From positions 39,680,001-39,744,000 of the forward strand of contig OX597820.1 in the NCBI GenBank assembly GCA_951406725.2: a stretch of 64,000 nt of DNA, read 5' to 3'. How positions within the stretch are numbered: position 1 is the first letter of the stretch; each line of letters begins with the position of its first letter. The notes beneath the pieces are model-generated. The model made no database searches, was not told the DNA's origin, and was given only the letters and a program-made list of their open reading frames with translations. The position numbers and the translations under genes were made by a program. This DNA comes from Octopus vulgaris. Its lineage: Eukaryota. Positions 1-10,585 of this stretch are shown here, one piece after another.

Positions 1-917
1 GGAGGAGGATGCCTTTGCTGATCTTGCCCCACCTCTTGATTTTGATAGCTTCTCTTAATTTCCTCAAAAGTGAAGCATAATAGGCTCCTGTAATTGTGGT
101 ACCCTTTGCCAGGAAATCTGTCATCACTACTTCGTCCTGGTCCCAGAAGACTGTGAGCATGACCTTGCCAGCGGAGGGCTGCACCCTTGCCTTCTTTGGA
201 GGAGGTGAGTCACGGTGCTTCCACTGCATTGACTGGGCTTTGGTCTCTGAATCATAGTGATGGACCCAGGTTTCATCCTGTGTAATCAGTCTTTTGAAAA
301 ATTTTGACTCATCTTCTTGGCACATCTCCAAATTCATCCTCGAGCACTGGACGCGTTCTTGCTTCTGGAAAGGCGTGAGCAACCTGGGAATCCATCTGGC
401 AGACACCTTTTGCATATGCAAATGGTCATGAATGATAGTTTCCACAGACCCGGTACTAATCTTGACCTCATGGGCTATTTGGCGAATAGTTATGCGTCGA
501 TCTTCCAAAATGGCAGCCTCAACTTGACGGACAGGTGCCTCATCAATGGCAGAAGGGGGGTGACCAGATCTGGGAGCTGTTTCCACAGAGTTCCGACCAT
601 GTTTGAATTCACGATGCCAGCGTTTTACAAGGTCATATGATGGGGCATCATCACCATAAGTTACTTTCATTTCATCAAAAGTCTCCTGTGGTGTGCGTCC
701 TTTCAAATACAAAAACCGGATCACTGCTCGACATTCAACAGATTCCATTTCACACTTGACTCAGTTCAAACACCTGTAAATCAGAAACCACAATTAGCTT
801 AGAGCTGTAATTTGCCACTTAATCCATAGAGATATAAATAATTGCACATGCTAAATTTCAGCTAGATCAAACAAATGCAAGTGGGTCAGAGACATTACTT
901 ATTGAACGTCTCTCGTA
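1..917 (-). mobile_element. Mariner (DD34D, irritans/Himar-like) DNA transposon, 5' part; continues beyond window start
   Basis: Terminal sequence TA-CGAGAGACGTTCAATAAGTAATG on minus strand ending at 917 (TA target), followed by a transposase ORF. Confidence 0.92.
2..748 (-). CDS. Mariner transposase, uninterrupted ORF open at window edge (absent from ORF track because no stop is reached)
   Basis: Manual translation from ATG at 748: MESVECRAVIRFLYLKG...SARWIPRLLT...LITQDETWVHHY...SAGKVMLTVFWD...KGILL; WVPREL-like linker and first catalytic D present, no stops or frameshifts in about 249 codons. Confidence 0.9.
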   Translation of the reverse strand, partial: MESVECRAVIRFLYLKGRTPQETFDEMKVTYGDDAPSYDLVKRWHREFKHGRNSVETAPRSGHPPSAIDEAPVRQVEAAILEDRRITIRQIAHEVKISTGSVETIIHDHLHMQKVSARWIPRLLTPFQKQERVQCSRMNLEMCQEDESKFFKRLITQDETWVHHYDSETKAQSMQWKHRDSPPPKKARVQPSAGKVMLTVFWDQDEVVMTDFLAKGTTITGAYYASLLRKLREAIKIKRWGKISKGILL

Positions 918-939
918 TCAATATACTAATGTAACTAAC

Positions 940-1100
940 GGGGATGTAGCTAACGGGGATGTAGAGCGTTAGCTTTGATCTGAAATGCCACGGGTTCGAT
1001 TCCCAGCATCTCCACACAGCATGTTTCTTTGGGTATTCTTTTTAAATGGCGGTGCCACAGTATAGTCACAGCCTTTAGTTTGAAACAGATAAAGGATATA
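940..1100 (+). mobile_element. Short SINE with tRNA-Ala-like head and the 3' tail shared with the dominant SINE family
   Basis: GGGGATGTAGCT...GTAGAGCG...GGGTTCGATTCCCAGCATCTCCA (tRNA-Ala-like ends, B box), then GGCGGTGCCACAGTATAGTCACAGC...TGAAACAG tail; 15-nt tandem duplication 935-964 disrupts the D arm. Confidence 0.7.
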
Positions 1101-1103
1101 CAT

Positions 1104-1285
1104 GATAGATCGTTAGCCACTACACACATTTTTTTCTCTCCTTGTTTTTTCTGTGTCCCTTTCTGTAGGAGAGCGTAGGCTCGAAACGTAAAAGACTTTT
1201 TCTATTCCTAAGCGTTATACTAATACATCTGTTTGTTTTGTACACCACCTGTCTTCGTCTTTTGTTTTTTTCGTAAACTCTCCCT
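1104..1285 (+). mobile_element. Short non-coding repeat with variant minimal hammerhead motif (Penelope pLTR/retrozyme-like), 3' end at (TA)n
   Basis: CTTT-CTGTAGGA-GAGC-GTAG-GCTC-GAAA-CGTA-AAAG at 1159-1194; homologous to the minus-strand copy at 28978-29165. Confidence 0.6.
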
Positions 1286-1434
1286 ATATATATATATATA
1301 TATATATGAAAACCCCACTAGAATGGGAGATAGCGCTAATGATCTGAATGATATGATATATATATATAAAAAGTGTAATATATAAATAAATATCTATAAA
1401 TATGAACCATCCGATCTTCTGATTACCTCATTTC

Positions 1435-1470
<36 letters not shown>

Positions 1471-1471
<1 letters not shown>

Positions 1472-1842
1472 CGTGGCACTCCGTCGGTTAGGACGACGGG
1501 GGTTCCAGTTGATCCGACCAATGGAACAGCCTGCTCGTGAAATATACTGAGCACTCCACAGACACGTCTACCCTTAACGTAGTTCTTGGGGAGATTCAGC
1601 GTGACACAGTGTATGACAAGGTTGGCCCTTTGAAATACAAGTACAACAGAAAAAGGAGGAAAGAGTGAGGGAAAGTAGTAGTAAAAGAGTACAGCAGGAT
1701 TCACCACCACCCTCTGCCGGAGTTCGTGGAGCTTTAGGTATTTTCGCTCAATAAACACTCACAACACTAGGTGTAGGAATCGAAACCGCGATCCTACGAC
1801 CACGAATCCGCTGCCTTAACCGCTGGGCCACTGCGCCTCCAC
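1471..1842 (-). mobile_element. Full-length tRNA-derived SINE (family A)
   Basis: Minus strand begins GTGGAGGCGCAGTGGCCCAGCGGTTAAGGCAGCGG...GGTTTCGATTCC (A and B boxes); body matches the copy at 1935-2148. Confidence 0.85.
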
Positions 1843-1900
1843 TGCGTATGTGCACACACACACACACACATACAGACACACACACAGACACACACACACA

Positions 1901-1934
<34 letters not shown>

Positions 1935-1935
<1 letters not shown>

Positions 1936-2148
1936 CATCCGGCAACCCTGCTGTACTCTTTCACCACAACTTTCACTCTTTCTTCTTGTTTCTGTTGTAC
2001 CTGTATTTCAAAGGGCTACCTTTGACACACTCTGAATCTTCCCCAGAACTACGTTTAGGGTACACGAATCTGTGGAGTGCTCAGTCACCTGCACATTAAT
2101 TTAACGAGCAACTGGAACCCTCGTCGCCGCAACCGACGGAGTACCACG
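1935..2148 (+). mobile_element. 5'-truncated SINE family A, inverted relative to 1471-1842
   Basis: Shared segments CCTGCTGTACTCTTT, TGTATTTCAAAGGG, CTGTGGAGTGCTCAG, AACTGGAACCC...ACCGACGGAGT. Confidence 0.85.
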
Positions 2149-2317
2149 TATATATATAAGCGAACTTGATTACAAGGGCCAATTTTTTCTTTCGTGCCAT
2201 ATCAGTTAAATCTATAAAGAGGATTTCTGAACTTTAATAAACTGCTCCACTTTTACTGTGTAAACTTAACGTAAATTTAGCCTGCGATATTTTACTAGTT
2301 TATCCTCTATCTTCTAA

Positions 2318-2395
2318 TTGATTCAGTCATCGGACTGTGGCCATGCTGGGGCACCGACTTGTAGGGGTTTTAGCCGAATAAATGGGCCCCAAGAA
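2318..2395 (-). mobile_element. 3' fragment of dominant SINE family B
   Basis: CAGTCATCGGACTGTGGCCATGCTGGGGCACCG matches the tail of the family B copies elsewhere in the window. Confidence 0.7.
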
Positions 2396-2489
2396 ATTTT
2401 CTTTATTCATTCTTTATCAGTATGTTATCTCGGTTGTGTGAGCTACTTCCTTGGAATCTAACTATCGGATGAATCTACTAACAGGCCCC

Positions 2490-4030
2490 GTGTGAGGACG
2501 GTGTCCCAGCTGAGATCTACAAGGCCGAGCCTGATGTATTCGCAGCCTGGTTCCATCGTGTTTTCTGTGCTGTGTGGGCAATGGAGCGTTTTCCTGATGA
2601 CTGGAGCGAGGCAACTCTTTTACCTTTCTTCAAAAAAGGTGATAGAAAGCTGTGGTCCAACTACAGGGGCATCAACTTGATCGATGTGGCTGCCAAAATC
2701 TTTGCAATCCTTCTTCTGAAGAGGTTCCAGGCCATCCGTGATGTCCGTACTCGTCCTTCTCAGGCGGCTTCCGTCCCGGGAGAGGGTGCCTTGATCAAAT
2801 CTTCATTCTCCGGCGAGTCCTGGAACAGCGGTGGGCGCACCAACAAACTACCGTTCTCTGCTTCATCGATTTTGCGGCTGCCTTCGACTCGGTGGATCGG
2901 GAGTCCTTCTGGCGTATTATGCAGGCGGACGGTATCACTGTGAAGCTGCTAAACCTCATACAGGGCTACTATCGTTCAACGAGGGATCGTGTGAGGGTCT
3001 ATGGCGTGGAGACGGAGTTGTTTGATGTCACTACCGGTGTTCGACAGGGTTGTGCGCTCTCGCCAACCCTATTCAATTACGCCATCGATTACATTCTCAA
3101 CACTGCGCTTCGGGACTACCCGGGCGTAGAGACTGGAAGAGGAGTGGTAGTGACGGACCTGGCCTACGCAGATGACATCGCGCTCTTGGGCTGTAACCGG
3201 GCAGATGTCCAAGATGCTCTCGAAAGGGTATATGCGGCAGCGACAGCTGTTGGTCTTCGGATCAAGACCAAAGTGATGGCGTCTCTGGTGCAGCATATGA
3301 CTGGCAGCCAATCGTTCTCGAGGGCGTGGAGCTGGAGGATGTGGAGTCCTTCGTCTACCTGGGTTCAACTGGCCAGCGCGCAGCCGAGATCGAGCGTCGC
3401 ATAGGTGCTGCCAGATCCACATTCGTGCGCTTCCAGTGGTGCCTGTGGGACAGAAAAGAGATCTTCTCGGTGACCTAAGGGCGAATCTACCAGGCCGTTG
3501 TTCGTACTATCCACCTCTATGGTTGGGAAACATGGCCTATGAGGGTAGTCGATCAGCAAAGGCTGGAGGTTTTCGACAATGACTGTCTCCGCCGCATTCT
3601 TCGCTGCCGACGCATTGATCGGGTTCCTACAGCCAGTCTTCGTCATCGCCTGAATCTCCGGCCCCTCCCTTCGATGCTTCTACAACGGCGTTTAAGATGG
3701 TTCGGTCATGCAGCCCGGCGACCAGAGGGTGAGCTGATTCGCGATGTCCTCCTCCCACCTCCACTTCCCAACTGGCGCAAACGCATGGGTGGGCAGCTGA
3801 AGACCTGGTCAACGATGATAAAGGAGGACCTCTCCGAACTCTCAGGTTCGCCGGTGGTCGGTCTGCGCAGATGGAACCGCGAATGGCTCGCTATTTCCAG
3901 TGACCTCACACAGGGCCGTCAAGCGTGGACCGCCATGGTTCGTGATGCCGTCAGGACCAGAGAAGAAGCCGGCTCAACCCGCCCTGGGTGAATGCCGTCA
4001 CAAGTACAAGTACACAAGTAGAAGTACAAG
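2490..4030 (+). mobile_element. RTE-clade LINE, 5'-truncated, RT and C-terminus, a few frameshifts
   Basis: NYRGINLID, GFRPGRG, FIDFAAAFDSV, GVRQGCALSP, YADD, RRLRWFGH across ORFs 2572-2943, 2892-3404, 3539-3991; short tandem (CAAGTA)-like 3' tail at about 4000-4030. Confidence 0.95.
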
Positions 4031-4769
4031 CAGGAACTTATAGATTTGGAAGCACAAGGTTGTTTAGTGATATATCTATTGACAGTTATTCACAGATCTC
4101 TTTATTCAATGGTAAGTGTATTTTCATAGCTGCAGAGATAAATTCATACTCACCAGCTGCCACCATAGAGAGAAGAGGAGAGGTGTAGAGAGAATCATAT
4201 CTGCAGTGATACTCTGTCTTTATGGTAGACAGCAGCTACCTCTATAAATTCTATAGACTGATAGTGGGTGTGTGAGATATATATATATATATATATATAT
4301 ATAGATAGATAGATAAATAGATAGATAGATAGATACATAGAGAGTCAGAGAAAGGAAGAGCGGGAGAGAAGCATAATTAGAGGTTAAGATTTAATCTATG
4401 ACTAATTGTGATGCTGGTGATCTTGTGCTACAAGAAGCAGTGGTTTTCAAATCAGTGTTTTGTATCTTGAGCGATTGTCTTTTAATCTGTGAATGAAATT
4501 GGTGAGACTGAATCTGTGGAAGTTAATCAGGTGAAATGGCTTCCACAATTTCTCCAGAGGATCGGTCTTGTGATAAACTCTGTCACATTGATTCTGCATA
4601 AAAATTATGTTCATAGTGAGAGTGTTTGTGGGAGCAATAAGCAAACAAGTATACGATAATTCAATGAATTGACTGATTAGTTAATCGAATACCTGAAATA
4701 CTCCAGTCATCGTCGATACTGATGTAGATCCACCTTTCAATATTTATTTGTTTTCTGTTATGCAGTATA

Positions 4770-4823
4770 TGTCTTGGGGAAATTTCGAACCTAGGTTCTC
4801 ATTCCTAAGGTATTTTTCGATGC

Positions 4824-4850
<27 letters not shown>
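4770..4850 (-). mobile_element. 3' body of tRNA/(TAA)n SINE (family H), separated from its head (7034-7093) by the LINE insertion
   Basis: 4770-4822 is the reverse complement of 7172-7224 with one mismatch; adjacent (TTA)n 4824-4850. Confidence 0.8.
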
Positions 4851-4854
<4 letters not shown>

Positions 4855-6973
4855 TAGTTTTATTTTTATAGTGTGCTTTCACTTCACTACCGAGCGCAGC
4901 TCTGTGTGCCTTGGGTATGTGCTGTGATTTGTTGTGATGCTCTGATGGTTATTGTATGGAAAGTGTTCTGCGTAGGATGTGTGCAGTGACTAGTAGTGCA
5001 ATTTTCTGTATGTTATATGTGTTTGTAAGTCCTGGTGTTTTTGTTATGTATTTGTCTGAATATTTTTTTATCATGCCTAATGCACCTACTATGATAGGAA
5101 TTGTTTCTGTTTTCAGATTCCACATTCTAGTTACCTCTATTTCCAGGTCTTTGTATTTTGAGAGTTTCTCCATTTCTTTTAGAGACACATTGTCATCTGC
5201 CGGTATTGATACATCAATTAGAAAGCATTTTTTTCTTCATGATCTCTGACAACTATATCTGGTCTGTTGGCCTTAATTTGTCTATCTGTGTGTATCGGCA
5301 TATCCCAGAGTATGGTTGCTTTCCCGTTTTCTGTGACCTTTTCTGGTGTGTGCCTATACCATCTTTTTTCTGTTGTTATTCCATAATGTTGGCATAGCTT
5401 CCAATGTATGTAGGTTCCAACTCTGTCATGTCTGTGAATATATTCCTTCTTAGCCAGGACTGGGCAGCTAGAGATAATATGATTTATTGTTTCTTGTCCA
5501 TCTCCACATATTCTGCAGTTACTTGTAATATTTCTTTTCATTACATGTTTTTGGTAATTTCTGGTGGGGAGGCTTCGGTCTTGTGCTGCAATTAAAAATC
5601 CCTCTGTTTCTGCTTTGAGTCCTGAGCTTCTCAACCATTGCTGGGATTTTTCTTTGTCTATTTCTTTTGCGTTTAGTTTAGTCCAGTATTTACCATGAAG
5701 GGGCTTTTCTTGCCATCGTTTTATCATGGTTCGTTGCTGTTCTACTTTTAGTTTGGATTTCATTTGTTTTATAGCTTTTGTTGTTTCTTCATCTTCTTCT
5801 TCTTCTTCATGTTTATTAGGTGGTATGATTTCTTGTTTGTATTTGTCAGCTTCCTTAAATACTGAGAACAGTTTTTTGTTTTGCTCGTGTTTTGCCGCTA
5901 TCTGGATCAGTTTTCCTTCCTTCTGAAGTAGATATTTTTGCAGTCCTATGGTGGTTATCTTATAGTAGTTTCCCAGCTGTATAAGGCCTCTACCACCTTC
6001 TATACGTTGTATATATAGTCTTTCTATGTCAGATTTTGGGTGATGCATCCTAGATACTGTCATTATTTTTCTTGTTTTCCTATCTATTTTGGTCAGTTCA
6101 TTTCGTGTCCAGTTAAGGATATTGTAGCTGTAACTTATAACTGGGACAGCTAAAGTGTTGATACCTATTATCTTGTTTTTAGCATTGAGCTCTGTTTTTA
6201 GTATTGATCTAACTCGTCTATAATATTCTTTTTTTATTTTCTCTTTCATTTGTGTGTGTTGTGTCTTATCTAATTCATGGATTCCTAAGTATTTGTAAGT
6301 TTGATTTTGGTCTAATTCTTTTATTTCATTGGTTTTATCTAGTGTGATGTTGTTACTCTTAACTAGTTTTCCTCTTTTCATGGTTACTTTGGCGCGTTTT
6401 TCTAATCCAAATTTCATATCTATTTCTTTGGTAAATCCATGAACTGTCTTTAATAGTGTTTCCAGCTGTTTGTCATTTGCAGCGTATAGTTTTAGGTCAT
6501 CCATATATAAAAGGTGGCTGATCGTTTTGCCGTAACATTTATATCCGCATCCAGTTCTATTTAGTATATCAGATAGAGGTGACAGTGCCAAGCAGAATAG
6601 GAGTGGAGAGAGCATGTCTCCCTGGAATATTCCTCTTCTAATGGGGATGTCTTTGGTTTTCATGAGTCCCTCTTTTGTTTGAAGGTGTAGGACTGTTTGC
6701 CATTTATTCATAGAGTGCTCTATGAATTTTATGATTGTTGGTGCTACTTTGTTAATGGCTAGTGTTTCGAGGATCCATGTGTGGGGGATGCTATCAAACG
6801 CCTTTTTGTAGTCAATCCAGGCCATACTGAGGCCTTTCTTCTTTCCGTGGCTGTCTTCAGTTATGGCTTTATTAATCATTAGTTGATCTTTACAGCCATA
6901 TGAGCTTTGCGGCATCCTTTCTGCTCTTCTGGGAACAGTTTGTTTTCGTCCAGGTGCTTGTTCAGCCTTTGCG
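4851..6973 (-). mobile_element. R4/Dong-type RLE non-LTR retrotransposon (family 1), 5'-truncated, inserted in (TAA)n
   Basis: RT (WIDYKKAFDS, GIFQGDMLSP, YMDD), CCHC knuckle CRICGDGQETINHIISSC, RLE motif NRPDIVV...IDVS...KLSKY; (TTA)n on both flanks. Confidence 0.95.
5218..6915 (-). pseudogene. Reverse transcriptase / zinc knuckle / RLE endonuclease ORF of the Dong-type LINE (frameshifts near 6905 and in the T-run near 5228; frame continues in 4949-5188)
   Basis: 565-aa ORF plus downstream 79-aa ORF ending IQKIALLVTAHILRRTLS, typical of R4/Dong C-termini. Confidence 0.9.
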
Positions 6974-7033
<60 letters not shown>

Positions 7034-7037
<4 letters not shown>

Positions 7038-7118
7038 CCATTGCTTGGGATCGAACTCGAAATCTTGGGGTTAGTAGCACGCACTCTTAACCCCAAGATT
7101 TCGAGTTCGATTCCAAGC

Positions 7119-7163
<45 letters not shown>

Positions 7164-7323
7164 TATAATATCATCGAAAAATACCTTAGGAATGAGAACC
7201 CAGGTTCGAAATTTCCCCAAGACACCTGATGAAGGCTAGAGGGGTATATCAGTCAAGATGAGGACGAATATCCGTCAGATGTAGATAATGTAGCTAATTC
7301 CTCATCTCTTAAATATAGAACTG
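7034..7323. mobile_element. Head-to-head fold-back duplication of SINE family H: 33-bp hairpin, (TAA)n, body and partial hammerhead-like tail
   Basis: Arms 7041-7073 and 7088-7120 (one mismatch, 14-nt loop) contain the B box GAGTTCGAT(C/T)C; plus copy continues (TAA)n, ATCGAAAAATACCTTAGG..., CTGATGA at 7226-7232. Confidence 0.8.
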
Positions 7324-7897
7324 AGTTACGCAGTATGTTTTTGTGCGGGTCTTTGATGATGCATGCTAAACCACCAATTCTGCGATCACATGTCCTGGAA
7401 ACAAATCTTTGGTCCTGACTTGCAACTCAAATGAATACTGAAGAGCCCGGCTTGTGTTCTGTGAATTAGATCACATTCTAATGTCTGACCTGTTGTAATT
7501 TTTATTTAGCCCCAGGTCAGTCCTGCTTAAGAAGACTTACAATGAAATTTAATGTAGCCATGGTCATTAGCATGTTCTGTACTGCACTGGTCAGTGTGTT
7601 CTGCCTCTTTCAAAATACAGTAGAGTGTGATTTACATTAAATTTAACTACTATTACTACTAAGTCGAACAACTATACAGACGATCCTTCGTTGATTTTCT
7701 GAAAATTAAGTTGTATTATTATTATTTTTCGTGGCTTCGTGAGAGGAGTAAAAAAAAATGCCCATTTCCTTTTTGTAACTCTCCAAATTTGGTGTGGGTA
7801 AAAGAAAGAGTTATCTTAAAGCTGGAGACGTGACATAAATGCATCCAGCCGAATGAACTCTCCTTAAAAAGCCTAAAAGAAATGATGGAAAACACGT

Positions 7898-8109
7898 AAT
7901 GGTTTCAAATCTTGGCACAGGGCCAGCAGGATTTTAGGGGAGGGGGAAGTGAATTACGCCTACCCCAGCACTTGACTGGTATTTATTTTATCGATCCCTA
8001 AAGGATGAAAGGAAAAGTCAACCGCGGCTGTATTTGAAATCAGAATTTAAAGTCGGAACAAATGCTGATATGCATTTTGTCTGGTGCGGTAACGAATCTG
8101 CCATCTCGC
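7898..8109 (-). mobile_element. SINE family C (MetaSINE-like central domain), diverged
   Basis: Reverse of CCTTTCATCCTTT...GATCGATAAAATAAATACCAG; matches 11939-12152. Confidence 0.75.
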
Positions 8110-8112
8110 TGT

Positions 8113-8525
8113 CCAGATATAGTAACCTTTAGGAGGGACAAACAAGAGTGTCTAATAATTGACGTGTCAGAGCCAGAAGATCAACATATCATCATGAAAG
8201 AAAGAGAAAAGAAAGATAAATATAGAAACCTGAGAATTGAGATCGCTAAGATGTGGCAGCTACGAGATTCAAACATAAAGGTTATCCCTATTGTCATCGG
8301 AGTATTGGGTTTAATACCAACCAATCTAAAAAAAGCATCCGAAAACCTTAGAAATACCCTACAATCTAGACGTATTGCAAAAATCGGCATTACTTGGAAC
8401 TGCACGCATATTGCGTAAAGTACTGTCTGTCTGAGGTCCTTGTTGTGACTTCACAAAGAGTACAACCTCCCGGTAGACATAATATCTTCAGTCATCAACC
8501 TCACGATATACTCTGCGACCTCTAT
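8113..8525 (+). mobile_element. 3' fragment of RLE LINE family 2 with (TAA)n tail
   Basis: PDIVTFRRDKQECLIIDVS...KDKY...IPIVIGVLG, then in a shifted frame LQKSALLGTARILRKVLSV*; (TAA)n 8526-8604. Confidence 0.88.
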
Positions 8526-8526
8526 G

Positions 8527-8584
<58 letters not shown>

Positions 8585-8607
8585 TAATAACAATCATAAT
8601 AATAATT

Positions 8608-8806
8608 CTTTCTAATATATGCAAAAACCCTGAAATTTGTTGGGTAGGGGAGAGTCGATTACAAGGACTCCAGTGCTGAACTGGTACTTAAATTATTGAC
8701 TCTGAAAGACAAAGTCGACTTCGATGGAATTTGAACTCAGAGCGTAAAGGCAGACGAAACGTCGCTAAATCTTCTCTCCGACGCGCTCACGATTCTGCTA
8801 GCTCGA
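8608..8806 (-). mobile_element. SINE family C, diverged
   Basis: AAAGTCGACTTCGATGGAATTTGAACTCAGAGCGTAAAG...GATTCTGCTAGCTCG matches other copies. Confidence 0.75.
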
Positions 8807-9546
8807 CATATTGTCCCGTACCAAAACAATAAATAATAATGTCAGTAAAAATGCAGCAATAATAGTAATGTGTAGAGCACTGTACTTACAATTGCGTTTT
8901 AATTTCATTTTGTAGCTCTTTAAATAATTTTTGAGTCCATTGCTGCTGTGGAAATGCCATGAACACCTCTACTTCCATTATACCCTAACCCCTACTTCTA
9001 TGAATATATTACTGCATAATCTTATCAGGAGACTTTCATGAAGTAAATATCTGATTAGTTAGTTTTCCTCACAATCTCATGGCATTAGTTGAATGGCTTC
9101 TACTCACATATTAATGATAAAAGGGTGAAATTAATTGATTTTAGGTGGTGACAGGATCAGAACCAAAGGTTAAGAATAATATCTTTGATATATAAAACTT
9201 CTAGATACAGGCCTCGAGGCAGTCAGCTTGGCATTGTTAAGCTATTGAAAGGTAACTTAATCATTATCCAGTCTTTCTAGTGTTTCATCTAACCTGGTCC
9301 AAAATATGATAGTTAATTTGTCTGTGCGAAAGTGTCTTATGACTGTATGGTTGTCTAGATATGCATATTTTGTGTAAGTCAGCACATCACACCAATGTGA
9401 ATATAGAAACGCACAGATATTCACAAATATCTATATAAAAAGAGGCATTCACACTAATGAACTTTTGCCTATATTTTCGCAGATATGTGTGGACTCATGT
9501 ATATATATATATATATATATATATATGTAAGCATGTGTGTACGAAT

Positions 9547-9608
<62 letters not shown>

Positions 9609-9610
9609 TC

Positions 9611-9649
<39 letters not shown>

Positions 9650-10424
9650 CTCATATACAAATATACGTAGATGCACTCATATACATGTATACATGCGAGT
9701 CTCTGTAATCTTATATCAGATATCAATATAAAAATCAATACATACATATACTGAAATGCATTCATACTCATACATATTCATGTTTATACATCTGTGTGCT
9801 TTTGTGCTTGAATCTATGCACGCAAAACTTCAGCCATCCAGTCGTTTGTGTTAACAAAGAATACACAAACTTACCAAAGTATTGAACTAACTCCAAGACG
9901 TATACAACTCCAAATTGATAAATGAAGGAAAGTAAAGCATAACATTTATTATTATTTAGTTGTATCACCCAAAGTTTTATGTTGTCACTTGACTAGTTTC
10001 AACCTTGCTTCATATCTTTTGATGATTTTTAAAAATGTGTTAGTCGGAAAAGGAAGGGTAGAATTCATGACCCTTTTCGTGAAAGGAGGGAATTGGAATT
10101 GTTTTCTATGTGGAAAAGGGCACCCGAATTCAGATGTTAAATCTCCCACCCAAGTGTAGTTGTGAGTTCCCACACAGCTTATATTTATTGATATTCATTC
10201 ATAAAAGTTTAGTTAATCTGATTTCGCATATTGAGAGATGATCCCGAAACCACGTTGCTGTGAAGGGAATCTCTTAAACAATAGCGCTATCTGTACTTAT
10301 TGAGATACAATTATCTAACATGCGTTCAGATCGATTCAACCATATAAAATTATTTTCTCTCTAGTAATTTAAAGTTTTGTGCTACTATCACGTATTTTAT
10401 GTTGCAATAATATCAATATTAAAA

Positions 10425-10585
10425 GGCGGGGGGTGGTAGAATCGTTAGCACCCCGGGCAAAATGTTTAGCGGCATTTCGTCCGTTTTTACGATCAAATTC
10501 TTATGAAGTTGAATTTGACCTTCATGCTTCCGAGGTCGATAAAAAAAGTACCAGTTAATTGACTTAACCCTTTTCCGATATTGCT
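10425..10585 (+). mobile_element. SINE family C
   Basis: GGTAGAATCGTTAGCACCCCGGGCAAAATG...CCTTCATGCTTCCGAGGTCGATAAAAAAAGTACCAG. Confidence 0.75.

Noticed and set aside
317-640. 107-aa plus-strand ORF
   Set aside because: Antisense shadow of the mariner transposase.
940-1014. Functional tRNA-Ala gene
   Set aside because: D arm disrupted by duplication, anticodon arm degenerate, followed by a SINE tail.
4080-4277. Possible solo-LTR fragment (AATAAA...TGTCA on minus strand)
   Set aside because: No partner LTR, TSD or second terminus identifiable.
10226-10258. GAGA-TGA-TCCC-GAAAC-CAC-GTT resembling a hammerhead 3' half; also CTGAAGA...GAAA near 12933
   Set aside because: Core too degenerate in the first, no stem II in the second.
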